Shown here piece by piece: positions 28,122 to 36,317 of a stretch of DNA of 64,000 bases. The notes beneath the pieces were generated by a model. That model searched no databases. It worked only from the letters and a program-made list of their open reading frames with translations, and was not told the origin of the DNA. How positions within the stretch are numbered: position 1 is the stretch's first letter; each line of letters opens with the position of its first letter. Made by a program: the position numbers and the translations under genes. The DNA comes from a candidate division FCPU426 bacterium. Lineage in GTDB: Bacteria; Oederibacteriota; Muellerivitia; Muellerivitales; Muellerivitaceae. The stretch spans positions 1,344,001 to 1,408,000 of the forward strand of contig CAVRAL010000001.1 in the NCBI GenBank assembly GCA_963719085.1, read 5' to 3'.

Positions 28122-28918
28122 CCGCGGTCCTCCTTTCGGGGGAACCAGGGTACAAACACAGGGGTTGTCCGTTGATAATGCCGGTAATCCTCACCCCGGG
28201 ACTTCAGGGCCTGGGCCTCGGTCAAGGGGATCCCCGTGACCTTGAAGAGGAAAAAAAACATCAGGACCGGACAACCCCAGGAAACCCAACCCGTGGGCGA
28301 AGCGCTCTCAAAAAAGGCGTAGGCGCACCAGACAAGCCACTCGAAAAAATAATTGGGGTGGCGAGAATAGTTCCAAAGCCCCACCCGGCAGGTCTTGCCC
28401 TTATTGGCGGCATTCCTTTTGAAATCCTCCAACTGCCGGTCCGCCAAGGATTCACCGGCCCAAGCGACGGCCCAAACCAAGAGGCCGACCCACTCCAGGG
28501 GTGAAAGCCCTTGGGTGGCGTTACGGAAAGTAAGGAAAAAAGGCACTGAAAGTAAAACATCCAAAGCGCTCTGGAACTGGAAGGTCAGGAACAACATCAC
28601 CCCGGCGCTCTTTCCCCATTTCTTTTTCATGTCCGTGTAACGGGGGTCTTCCGGATGTCCACCCAAAACGCGCGTGGTCAAAAGATAAAGGGCCAGACGG
28701 CCTCCCCAAAAAAGGACCATGGCCGCCAAAAGGGCGCGCCGCAAAGGGTCCCCTGACCCACGCAAAGCTTCATAAAGTGCGAGCCCCACCAGGCCGGAAG
28801 CCCAACCCACATCCAGGATGGCGGCGTTTCGGGTCTTAAGCTGGATTCCCCAAAGGGCCAGCATCAAAAGAAATATCCCCAACCATCCCCAACCCAAGGT
28901 CGTCAAAGCTTCACTCAC
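28118..28918 (-). CDS. DUF1295 family membrane protein (steroid 5-alpha-reductase-like)
   Basis: EDPRY, ESLADRQL..FK, GLWNYSRHPNYFFEW, Y..YQRTT..FVPW. Confidence 0.92.
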   Translation of the reverse strand: MSEALTTLGWGWLGIFLLMLALWGIQLKTRNAAILDVGWASGLVGLALYEALRGSGDPLRRALLAAMVLFWGGRLALYLLTTRVLGGHPEDPRYTDMKKKWGKSAGVMLFLTFQFQSALDVLLSVPFFLTFRNATQGLSPLEWVGLLVWAVAWAGESLADRQLEDFKRNAANKGKTCRVGLWNYSRHPNYFFEWLVWCAYAFFESASPTGWVSWGCPVLMFFFLFKVTGIPLTEAQALKSRGEDYRHYQRTTPVFVPWFPRKEDRG

Positions 28919-29384
28919 GAGCCCCTCCTTGAACGGGCATCTGTTTCAACAAAAAATATAAAAAAAAGAAAAGAACCAAGGCCCCCAAGGGCGCGACCAG
29001 ACACCAGACCCCAATGCCATGAAGGGTGGCGACCCAAAGCCTTTGGATGGCCCCCCCGGGATCGAGCCGGACCATTTGGACCAAATGGGAAGCGCTGGAA
29101 GGCAAGGCTTGGGCGCCGGACAACCGCCCGCCCCAGCGAAGGAAGGGGATGATGAGTATGAGCTGCAGGGGATAGACCAGCCAATTGACGGACTGGATCA
29201 AGGGCAGGTTCCAACGAAATAATAGGGCGGCCAAAGCGCAAAGCAGGCTGGTGGAACCCAAAACCGGGAAAACCCCCAGGGCCACACCCCAAGCCAAGGT
29301 CCAGGCGATCTGCCGAGGCGTGAGCCCTTGGCTGAGCCAGCGTTGGAAGAAACCCCAAATCCCCGCCCGGGGGGCGAACTTCAC
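28911..29384 (-). CDS. DUF2062 family membrane protein
   Basis: QGLTPRQIAWTLAWG, FPVLGST, NLPLIQSVNWLVYPLQ; GTG start overlaps the upstream stop (GTGA). Confidence 0.8.
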   Translation of the reverse strand: MKFAPRAGIWGFFQRWLSQGLTPRQIAWTLAWGVALGVFPVLGSTSLLCALAALLFRWNLPLIQSVNWLVYPLQLILIIPFLRWGGRLSGAQALPSSASHLVQMVRLDPGGAIQRLWVATLHGIGVWCLVAPLGALVLFFFLYFLLKQMPVQGGARE

Positions 29385-29716
29385 GTCTTTTTGCCCGTCA
29401 AAAATTCGGCAACGGTTCCACGAGCTGGAAGTTTTGCCAAACGCCAAATCAGGTAAGCGGCGATGGCCATATTCCCCAAGGCCATGATGAGCAGGAACCA
29501 GACAAACCGGCCGACCCAGCCTTTTTCCCGATAAGCCAGCCAAAGCCAAAAGGTGAAAAAGGCGAAATAGGTGTCGAAGAATGTCGCCCGACCCCAAGGC
29601 AGGGCCCAGACCTGGACCGCCCCTTCCCACACATTGCCCGTCAGGCTGGCCCAAGTGGTGACCACGGCCATGACCAGAAAAACCAAGACGTAATAAACGA
29701 TAAGTGCCTTTTTCAC
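29381..29716 (-). CDS. DUF1475 family membrane protein
   Basis: PWGRATFFDTYFAFFTFWLWLAYRE, W.LLIMALGNMA; GTGA overlap with the upstream gene. Confidence 0.8.
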   Translation of the reverse strand: MKKALIVYYVLVFLVMAVVTTWASLTGNVWEGAVQVWALPWGRATFFDTYFAFFTFWLWLAYREKGWVGRFVWFLLIMALGNMAIAAYLIWRLAKLPARGTVAEFLTGKKT

Positions 29717-31755
29717 GGGCGACCCCTTTCCATCCGATTCTCTACCACCGTTTCCGTTTTTATAACCACCGGGCCCCGCTCGCGGGTCATGGGACGGGCC
29801 AAAACCAGTTGAAGGTTGTTGAGCAGTCCCGCGGCAAATCCGGCCTCGCAATAAGCCAGGTAATAGAGCCACATCCTTTGAAATTTTTCATCAAATCCCA
29901 AACGGGTGATCTCTTCACGGTTCATCCGGAAGCGCCGGGCCCATTCGGCCAGCGTCAGGGCGTAATGGGGGCCGATGTTCTCCAGGTCTTCCAGCACCAA
30001 CCGGGACTGGGAAGTCATGGCGTCGTTCAGGGCTTTGATGGAGGGAATGACGGACCCCGGGAAAATATATTTTTGGATGAAATCCTCCCCGCGCCGGGCT
30101 TGCTCGTAACGCCGGTCGGGCAGGGTAATCACCTGAAGCACCGCCCATCCCCCGGGTTTCAACAACCGGTCGAGGGCCTCAAAATAGGTCCCATAGTGCT
30201 CGTGGCCGACCGCTTCCAACATCTCAACGGAGATGATCCGATCGAAGGTCCCGGTCAGATGGCGGTAATCGCTAAACTCCACCCGGACCCTTTCGCTCAA
30301 ACCCAAGCTTTCAACCCGGGCCTTGGCATATTCAAACTGTTCCTTTGAAATGGTCACGCTGGTCACGCGGCAGCCCGTCGCTTGGGCCGCCTCGATGGCG
30401 AGTGTTCCCCAACCGGTCCCGATTTCCAAGAGATGGTCGTTGGGCCCCAATTGGGCTTTTCCTAAAAGCCGGGCGATCTTGGCTTTTTGGGCCTCTTCCA
30501 GGCTCGATCCCCTCGGCTCATAAAGGGCCGATGAATAGGTCATGGAACCATCCAGGAAGGTCTTGAAGAAATCATTGCTCAGGTCGTAATGGGCTTGGAT
30601 ATTTTTTCGGCTCCCCGTGGGCGTATTGCCCCGGGTCAGGTGGAACAGCCATGCCCTCAAGCGTCCCCACCGGGCGGTCCAAGGGTGGTTTTGGACCAAT
30701 CCGTCCCAATTCTCCGCCAACATTTGGAGAAGATTCGCCAGATTCCCGGTTTCCCAATCCCCCTGCATATAAGCTTCCCCAAATGCTAAATCCCCGCCCC
30801 AAACCAGCTTCGGGAAAAAATTCCAACTCTTCACCCAAAGCGTCAAGGACCTATGGGGCGGGGCTTGCGGATCCCCAAAAAGTTTGAGGCTCTTGTCCGG
30901 AAGAACCAGGGTCAGGCAGCCCTTTTGAAGCTGGGAGGGCCAGCGGGTGAAAAGATGAAGGCAAGCCTTTTGCCAAAGGGTCGGGCGCGCGACCCGGATG
31001 GTCAGGTCGCTTTGGGGATGGGGTTTTGTGAAAACCTTCAAGCCCTTGAGGTAGAGCTTGCCGGCCTGCCAAAAGATCCGCGGCAGGGAAAGGCTCGCGG
31101 CCAAGGGATAGCGGAACAGGGTTCCCAACAGGTTTTTGGACGACATGGGCATGGCGGTTCCCCACATTCGGGAATGGAACACTTCCCGCCCCTCTTTCAG
31201 GATATTGACCCGGATATCCAGGTCCTGATCGATGGCCGAAAAGTGGAAGTCATAGTCCCCCGACATGTCGTTGAAGGGAGAAACATGAAAGTCTTTGGGG
31301 ACGGTGTAACGGGCTTCGAACCCGGGCCGAGGGGTGCCGGAACCCGAAAGGATATAAAGATGTTTCTCGCGAAAGGTGTTGTTCACTTCGGCCACCACCG
31401 TTTGAAGCCGGTCCAACGGGCCATAACAATAAAAAAAGGAAACAGGATTAAAGACGTAATTGAAGTAACGGGCGCCAGTGATCAACTCCACCCGGGCGAC
31501 TCCTTCCGACAAACCCTTTTCCCGAAGAAAACGAAAAAGTTTTTCTTTGAGGGTCCCCCCCCGGTCGTCCAAATAGTCCCGGTCATGGATAGAAACGGGC
31601 CGAAGGAGGTTGTAGCCGAACCAAGGCACCTCGCGTGAAAGGCCCTCCAACTCGTCCAAGTCAAAGGCATAAAAGTAAACCGGATATTGGAACCCGTGTC
31701 CCACGGGTTCCAATCGGCGGTGCATGACCTGCCCGGTGAATATCCGGGATCTCAT
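29713..31755 (-). CDS. Fusion of DUF1365 and cyclopropane-fatty-acyl-phospholipid synthase family methyltransferase
   Basis: N-part GQVMHRR, YVFNPVSFFYC, AEVNNTF.EKH.Y, KDFHVSPF; C-part NIQAHYDLSN, MTYSSA, LEIGTGWG, DFIQKYIFPG; ATGA overlap start. Confidence 0.92.
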   Translation of the reverse strand: MRSRIFTGQVMHRRLEPVGHGFQYPVYFYAFDLDELEGLSREVPWFGYNLLRPVSIHDRDYLDDRGGTLKEKLFRFLREKGLSEGVARVELITGARYFNYVFNPVSFFYCYGPLDRLQTVVAEVNNTFREKHLYILSGSGTPRPGFEARYTVPKDFHVSPFNDMSGDYDFHFSAIDQDLDIRVNILKEGREVFHSRMWGTAMPMSSKNLLGTLFRYPLAASLSLPRIFWQAGKLYLKGLKVFTKPHPQSDLTIRVARPTLWQKACLHLFTRWPSQLQKGCLTLVLPDKSLKLFGDPQAPPHRSLTLWVKSWNFFPKLVWGGDLAFGEAYMQGDWETGNLANLLQMLAENWDGLVQNHPWTARWGRLRAWLFHLTRGNTPTGSRKNIQAHYDLSNDFFKTFLDGSMTYSSALYEPRGSSLEEAQKAKIARLLGKAQLGPNDHLLEIGTGWGTLAIEAAQATGCRVTSVTISKEQFEYAKARVESLGLSERVRVEFSDYRHLTGTFDRIISVEMLEAVGHEHYGTYFEALDRLLKPGGWAVLQVITLPDRRYEQARRGEDFIQKYIFPGSVIPSIKALNDAMTSQSRLVLEDLENIGPHYALTLAEWARRFRMNREEITRLGFDEKFQRMWLYYLAYCEAGFAAGLLNNLQLVLARPMTRERGPVVIKTETVVENRMERGRP

Positions 31756-33023
31756 AAATCCACCCCCAGGGACCGGCCGACGGCCACCCCGGCCTTCACC
31801 GCGTCCTCGTGGAAACCATAGCCAAAATAGCTGCCGCAAAAATAAGTGTTCCGGACCCCGTTCAACCGGGGCAATTCGGACTGGCTTTTGACCGACGCCA
31901 AACTATAAGTGGGGTGATGGTAAAAAAATTCCCGGATGGTTTCCTCTTCGCGGGGCGGAACACTCCGGTTCAAGGTCACGCAATATGTTTTTTGGGTCGT
32001 CAACCCTTGGAGGCGGTTCATGTAATAGGTCAAGGAGGTTTTACCCCCTGGAGGGGCGTCTTTTTCGGCCACATAATTCCAAGACGCCCAGGCCCGCCGG
32101 TTCGGCGGAAGCACGGTGACGTCACTGTGAAGGACCGTGTGATTGTCCTGATAGCGCCAGGCCCCCAATAGCCTTCGCTCCTCATCGGACGGATCTTCCA
32201 AAAGCATTAAAGCTTCATCCGCATGGGCCGCCACCACCGCTTTATCGAACCGCTCCTCACGGTTTCCTTGGCGCAGGACCACCCCTTCCCCTTCCCGCCG
32301 GAGGGAACTCACCCCGGAACCTTTGCGCACCTCTCCCCGGAAGGCTTTCAAAAAAGCGCGAACATAACTTTGACTCCCCCCCACCACCGTTTGCCATTGG
32401 GGGCGGTCTGAAAGGTCCAATAAACCGTGATTTTTGAAAAAATTCAGAAAAGTTTCAGTGGGAAATTCCCATATCTCCCCCGGGGGCGTGGACCAAATGG
32501 CCGAACCCATGGGAAGCAGATATCGGTCGATCATCTCCTTCGAGAACCTTTTGGACTCAAGGTATTTCCCCAAGGTCGGGGCGGTGGCCCCCCTTTTTAA
32601 ATCTTCAAGCCCTTCTTTTCCAAATCGGCGGATATCCCAAAGCATTCGATGGAAGTCGGGCCTGAAAAGATTCCTTCGTTGGGCAAAAAGGCCGTTCAGG
32701 TCCGACCCGGCATATTGCAGGCCCGTCCCTTCGTCATAAAAGCCAAAGGACATGTCGCTGGCCCGCGCCGATACGCCCAGACGTTGAAGGAAGCGGTGAA
32801 AGGTGGGATAGGTACGGTCATTCAGCACAATGAACCCGGTATCCACCGGCGTTCCCGCGTCGGGCCCCGAGGGTATGACGATAGTATTGGTGTGGCCCCC
32901 AACGTAGTCATTTTTCTCGAAGAGGGTTACCTTGAACTTTTCTTGGAGAAGAAAGGCCGCGGACAACCCCGCCACCCCGCCCCCGATGACGGCGATCGTC
33001 CCTTGGGCCGAAGCGGGGGTCAC
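31752..33023 (-). CDS. FAD-dependent oxidoreductase (amine oxidase/desaturase family found with DUF1365 and cfa)
   Basis: IAVIGGGVAGL, GGHTNT, VDTGFIVLN..TYP, AWASWNY, GYGFHEDA. Confidence 0.92.
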   Translation of the reverse strand: MTPASAQGTIAVIGGGVAGLSAAFLLQEKFKVTLFEKNDYVGGHTNTIVIPSGPDAGTPVDTGFIVLNDRTYPTFHRFLQRLGVSARASDMSFGFYDEGTGLQYAGSDLNGLFAQRRNLFRPDFHRMLWDIRRFGKEGLEDLKRGATAPTLGKYLESKRFSKEMIDRYLLPMGSAIWSTPPGEIWEFPTETFLNFFKNHGLLDLSDRPQWQTVVGGSQSYVRAFLKAFRGEVRKGSGVSSLRREGEGVVLRQGNREERFDKAVVAAHADEALMLLEDPSDEERRLLGAWRYQDNHTVLHSDVTVLPPNRRAWASWNYVAEKDAPPGGKTSLTYYMNRLQGLTTQKTYCVTLNRSVPPREEETIREFFYHHPTYSLASVKSQSELPRLNGVRNTYFCGSYFGYGFHEDAVKAGVAVGRSLGVDL

Positions 33024-33304
33024 GACAGCCTCTTTTTCTTCAAGGCCAAACGCAGGCGTTTTTTCAACCCCTCTTTTTCGGCGGGGTTCAGCTTGGGACC
33101 GGCGCCCATCCGTGATTTGGCCCTGAATTCATGGGCGGCTTTGTGGATGAAATCAATCTGTTCAGCGTATTTGTTGCAGTCCTTGCCGCCAAAATAGCGG
33201 CAGAGGAAAAGATGGATCTTCACCTCAAGTTTTTGATAAGGCGAGAGGGTACGGTCGAGCGATTCGGAGATCAAGGCGGACGCGATTTTACAGCTGACAA
33301 TCAT
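33020..33304 (-). CDS. Soluble zf-HC2-type anti-sigma factor
   Basis: SCKIASALISESLDR.L, HLFLC...C; directly downstream of the ECF sigma. Confidence 0.8.
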   Translation of the reverse strand: MIVSCKIASALISESLDRTLSPYQKLEVKIHLFLCRYFGGKDCNKYAEQIDFIHKAAHEFRAKSRMGAGPKLNPAEKEGLKKRLRLALKKKRLS

Positions 33305-33305
33305 T

Positions 33306-33893
33306 TTATTTCGCTTTCTTGGCCGCCCCTCCCTTCCCCGGGGGAGCGAACCAACGGGTTTCCAGGCATTTTCGCAGTCTCAACCGGGCGCGATGGAGCC
33401 TCACAACCACATTAGTCGGGGTCGACCCCAGAACATTACAAACTTTCTTCAATTCCATGGGCTCCAATTCCCGAAGGATAAAGACTTGGCGGAGGGTTTC
33501 CGGAAGGCCCTCCACACAGCGGTTAAAAGCCCCCCAAAATTCCTTGTTTTCCAGCGTGTCCGAGGGGATGGCCCCCCAGCTTTGGGGATGATCGCGCCAA
33601 GGCCCGATGGGCCGGTGGTAAAGATCAATGTCCAAGGGGTTTTCGGAATTTTCCCGGTTGGCGTTTCTTTTGCGGAAATGGTCGAAGATCTTGAATTTGA
33701 GGATCCCGATCAGCCAGGTCCGCTCGCTGGAGCGGCCTTGAAATTGTTTGAGGTTTTTGAGGGCCGCCAGGAAGGTTTCTTGGACGGCTTCCGAAGCGGC
33801 CTCCCGGTCCCGAAGGCGTAAGAACGCGAAACGAAAGAGTGCGTCGCCATGTAGGTCCACCCACTTTTCAGGTTTCAAGCCGCTCGTTCCCAA
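33306..33893 (-). CDS. ECF sigma-70 factor
   Basis: EAVQETFLAAL, FQGRSSERTWLIGILK.KI.D, VFILREL, V.LHRARLRLRKCLE. Confidence 0.93.
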   Translation of the reverse strand: MGTSGLKPEKWVDLHGDALFRFAFLRLRDREAASEAVQETFLAALKNLKQFQGRSSERTWLIGILKFKIFDHFRKRNANRENSENPLDIDLYHRPIGPWRDHPQSWGAIPSDTLENKEFWGAFNRCVEGLPETLRQVFILRELEPMELKKVCNVLGSTPTNVVVRLHRARLRLRKCLETRWFAPPGKGGAAKKAK

Positions 33894-34010
33894 GGCAGTT
33901 TTGTCGGATGCCTCATTTTATGGCCGGGAATATGTTTTGTTTCAAGTTTTTTTAAGGCGGTCCACGGAAGGAGCCGGGGAGACGGCTTCGCCTAGGTCCC
34001 CAGTTCAATA

Positions 34011-34042
34011 AAAAAACCCAATGGCGTTTTTCGCCATTGGGC
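34011..34042 (-). terminator. Rho-independent terminator after tRNA-Thr
   Basis: CCCAATGGCG-loop-CGCCATTGGG stem followed by a T tract on the minus strand. Confidence 0.88.
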
Positions 34043-34047
34043 TTATA

Positions 34048-34123
34048 TGGAGCTGGGGACCGGGATTGAACCGGCGACCTGCTGTTTACGAAACAGCTGC
34101 TCTACCAACTGAGCTACCCCAGC
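34048..34123 (-). tRNA. tRNA-Thr(CGT)
   Basis: GCTGGGGTAGCTCAGTTGGTAGAGCAGCTGTTTCGTAAACAGCAGGTCGCCGGTTCAATCCCGGTCCCCAGCTCCA; 76 nt cloverleaf, anticodon CGT, encoded CCA. Confidence 0.97.
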
Positions 34124-34144
34124 GTCGAGATCAAACGAGGTGGA

Positions 34145-34173
34145 AGTTTACTGACCCCTTCCTTACCCGTCAA
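34145..34173 (-). promoter_or_regulatory. Sigma70-type promoter of tRNA-Thr
   Basis: Minus strand TTGACG-17 bp-TAAACT, about 20 bp before the tRNA. Confidence 0.7.
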
Positions 34174-34206
34174 CTTTTTAAAAGGAGCCTATAAAACTTG
34201 ATCCAC

Positions 34207-34240
34207 AAAAAAATCCCCAGGCCAAAAGACCCGGGGATTT
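34207..34240 (-). terminator. Rho-independent terminator
   Basis: AAATCCCC...GGGGATTT stem with a T tract on the minus strand just after the stop at 34254. Confidence 0.75.
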
Positions 34241-34253
34241 CGCCTTGTTTCGC

Positions 34254-35366
34254 TTATTTAATGACTTCCAGCTTATCCACCGCGATCGTAGCCTTCACCG
34301 CCGTCTTGGGCTGCAAGTTGAAGCTCTTGACGCCCGACAGGTCCAGCGGCGCGCCCTTCACGCCATCCGGGGCGGTGTAATAAGGATCCAGCTTAAAGCT
34401 ATCCATGGGAATTTGAACCGTTTCCCAGCCCGTGCCCTTGGTCGAGGGGGCGTCCGCCGTGTATTGGTTGTTGTTCTTGTCCTTCAAGGCGAACCCGATC
34501 ACCACCGGCACCTTGGAATAAACCATAAAGCTGATGGCCTTGCCGCCGGTCCAATCCTGGCCGTCCCAAGTATTGCCCGTGTGATAAAACATGCCGCAAT
34601 AACCGCCCTGGACCTCGTTGAAATTAATCACGAGGAACTTGGCCCCGGCCTTGTTGGAATTGGCCTTCACCGAATAGGCGAACGAGGAGCCGTTGGAATC
34701 GGCGAAAGTGCCGCCGGACTTGGGGTCATCCGTCGAGAAGTCTTGGATCACCAAAGGCGCGCCGGTGGCCACAATGGGCTGGGCCGCCGCCACGGGCGCC
34801 GCCGCGGCCGGGGATCCAACTCCATCGGTCGTGATCGGGCCGATATTCACCACGGCCGAACCCACGATATGGGTCCCGAAACCAATCTTACCCACTTGGC
34901 TTAAATCTTCCGGGCTTCCCTTCACGGCTTCCGGAGGCTGGTAATAGGGGTTCAATTTAAAAGACGAGATTGGAATGGAAATGTCGGTCCAAGACGCGGA
35001 GGGGATGGTGAAGTTCACCGTGTAGCTCACGTTGTTCTTGTCTTGGATATCCAATTGAAGCTCGCCCGGGAGCGTCGACTTGGCCGAAAACTTCAAGTTG
35101 GCCGACTTCGAAAAATCCGCCGGAACCGCTAAGTTGTGCCAGATGCCCGCGTAGCCGCCCTGGACCAAGGTGGCCGTGATTTGAACCGACTTTTGCCCGC
35201 CCTGGGGCCCATCCGCTTGTAGGACGTCGCATTTGGAACCGTTCGAGTCCTCGAACCCGCCCACATCCTTGCCCGGGGCGATCGCGCTCCAATCTTCCAC
35301 GGACCCGGCGTAAGCCGAAGTCGCCGCCAAAGCCAAAACCAAACCCAACATTGATTCGCGAATCAT
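34254..35366 (-). CDS. Secreted protein with two tandem CBM11/CIA30-like carbohydrate-binding domains
   Basis: Signal peptide; internal duplication (DSNGS, QGGY.G, DKNN..YT, W..(I/V).IP..SFKL.PYY..P..VKG.P.DLS). Confidence 0.75.
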   Translation of the reverse strand: MIRESMLGLVLALAATSAYAGSVEDWSAIAPGKDVGGFEDSNGSKCDVLQADGPQGGQKSVQITATLVQGGYAGIWHNLAVPADFSKSANLKFSAKSTLPGELQLDIQDKNNVSYTVNFTIPSASWTDISIPISSFKLNPYYQPPEAVKGSPEDLSQVGKIGFGTHIVGSAVVNIGPITTDGVGSPAAAAPVAAAQPIVATGAPLVIQDFSTDDPKSGGTFADSNGSSFAYSVKANSNKAGAKFLVINFNEVQGGYCGMFYHTGNTWDGQDWTGGKAISFMVYSKVPVVIGFALKDKNNNQYTADAPSTKGTGWETVQIPMDSFKLDPYYTAPDGVKGAPLDLSGVKSFNLQPKTAVKATIAVDKLEVIK

Positions 35367-35402
35367 GCGTTTCTCCTTAACAAAATGTGGAAAAAACTCA
35401 GC

Positions 35403-35585
35403 TTAGAAATAATCCTCCACCAACCCCAGCACCACCAACTCCACGGCCACCCAAATCACCGAATAAATCAGGAAGGCGAAAATCGAGTGACGGCCGCCCA
35501 TCAAATAGTTCCCCATGAATGAAAAGACCGCGAAATTAAAAAACCAAAGCAAAAATCCAATGCGGGCTAAGCTTAAATTTTTCAC
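35403..35585 (-). CDS. Small membrane protein
   Basis: Two hydrophobic segments; RBS AGGAGG upstream of GTG. Confidence 0.6.
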   Translation of the reverse strand: MKNLSLARIGFLLWFFNFAVFSFMGNYLMGGRHSIFAFLIYSVIWVAVELVVLGLVEDYF

Positions 35586-35610
35586 CCTACACCTCCTAAA
35601 ATAGGCCGGC

Positions 35611-36219
35611 TTAAGACCTCGACACCGACTTCAAACTTGATTTCAAAATCTCCTCCACCGACGGCGTTTGGCCCAAAGCCTGCACCGCGGTCAAAACCGC
35701 CCGGCGGGACTCGTTCGCCGAATAACCCAAGGCCAGCATGGCCTGGATGGCATCCGAAAGGTTTTTGGTCTCAACCCCCAGGGAAGCTTCCTCTATCAGT
35801 ACGCCCGCGCTGGACAGTTTGGTTACCTTGTCCCGCAGTTCCAAAATCATGTGTTGGGCCGTTTTTTGCCCGATGCCGGGAGCGGTGCGCAAAACCGCCA
35901 AGTCCTCATTCACAATCGCCTGATAAAGCTTGTCCGGCGAGAAAGCCGACAAGACATTCATGGCCGCCCTGGGGCCGATCCCCGAAACCGCCAGGAGCAG
36001 CAAGAACGCCTGCTTTTCGGAGTCCTTCTCAAAGCCGTACAGTTGAAGAATGTCTTCCCGCACATGCAGGTAAGTTTTCAGCGTCAAGCTCTGTCCCACC
36101 GCCGGGAGCGCCTGGAAGGTCCGTTGAGAAACCGCCAGTTCATACCCGACCCCGTCCACGTCAATTTCCACCCGCTCGGGCGATTTGAAGGCCAGGATCC
36201 CCTGCAAAAAAGCGATCAA
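35611..36219 (-). CDS. ruvA: Holliday junction branch migration protein RuvA
   Basis: IAFLQG, GVGYEL, HVRED...LYGF, VSGIGP, PGIGQKTA, AMLALGY. Confidence 0.95.
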   Translation of the reverse strand: MIAFLQGILAFKSPERVEIDVDGVGYELAVSQRTFQALPAVGQSLTLKTYLHVREDILQLYGFEKDSEKQAFLLLLAVSGIGPRAAMNVLSAFSPDKLYQAIVNEDLAVLRTAPGIGQKTAQHMILELRDKVTKLSSAGVLIEEASLGVETKNLSDAIQAMLALGYSANESRRAVLTAVQALGQTPSVEEILKSSLKSVSRS

Positions 36220-36235
36220 TAGTAACCCCAAAATC

Positions 36236-36306
36236 AGTTAGGAGTTGGGAGTTCGAAGTGGGGAGTTTTCCGTCAACTTCGAACTCCCAACTCCCCGCTC
36301 CCAACT
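36236..36306. repeat. Inverted array of heptamer repeats (AGTTGGG-type)
   Basis: AGTTAGG AGTTGGG AGTTCGA AGTGGGG AGTT ... AACT TCGAACT CCCAACT CCCCGCT CCCAACT. Confidence 0.8.
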
Positions 36307-36317
36307 CACGTGAGTGT

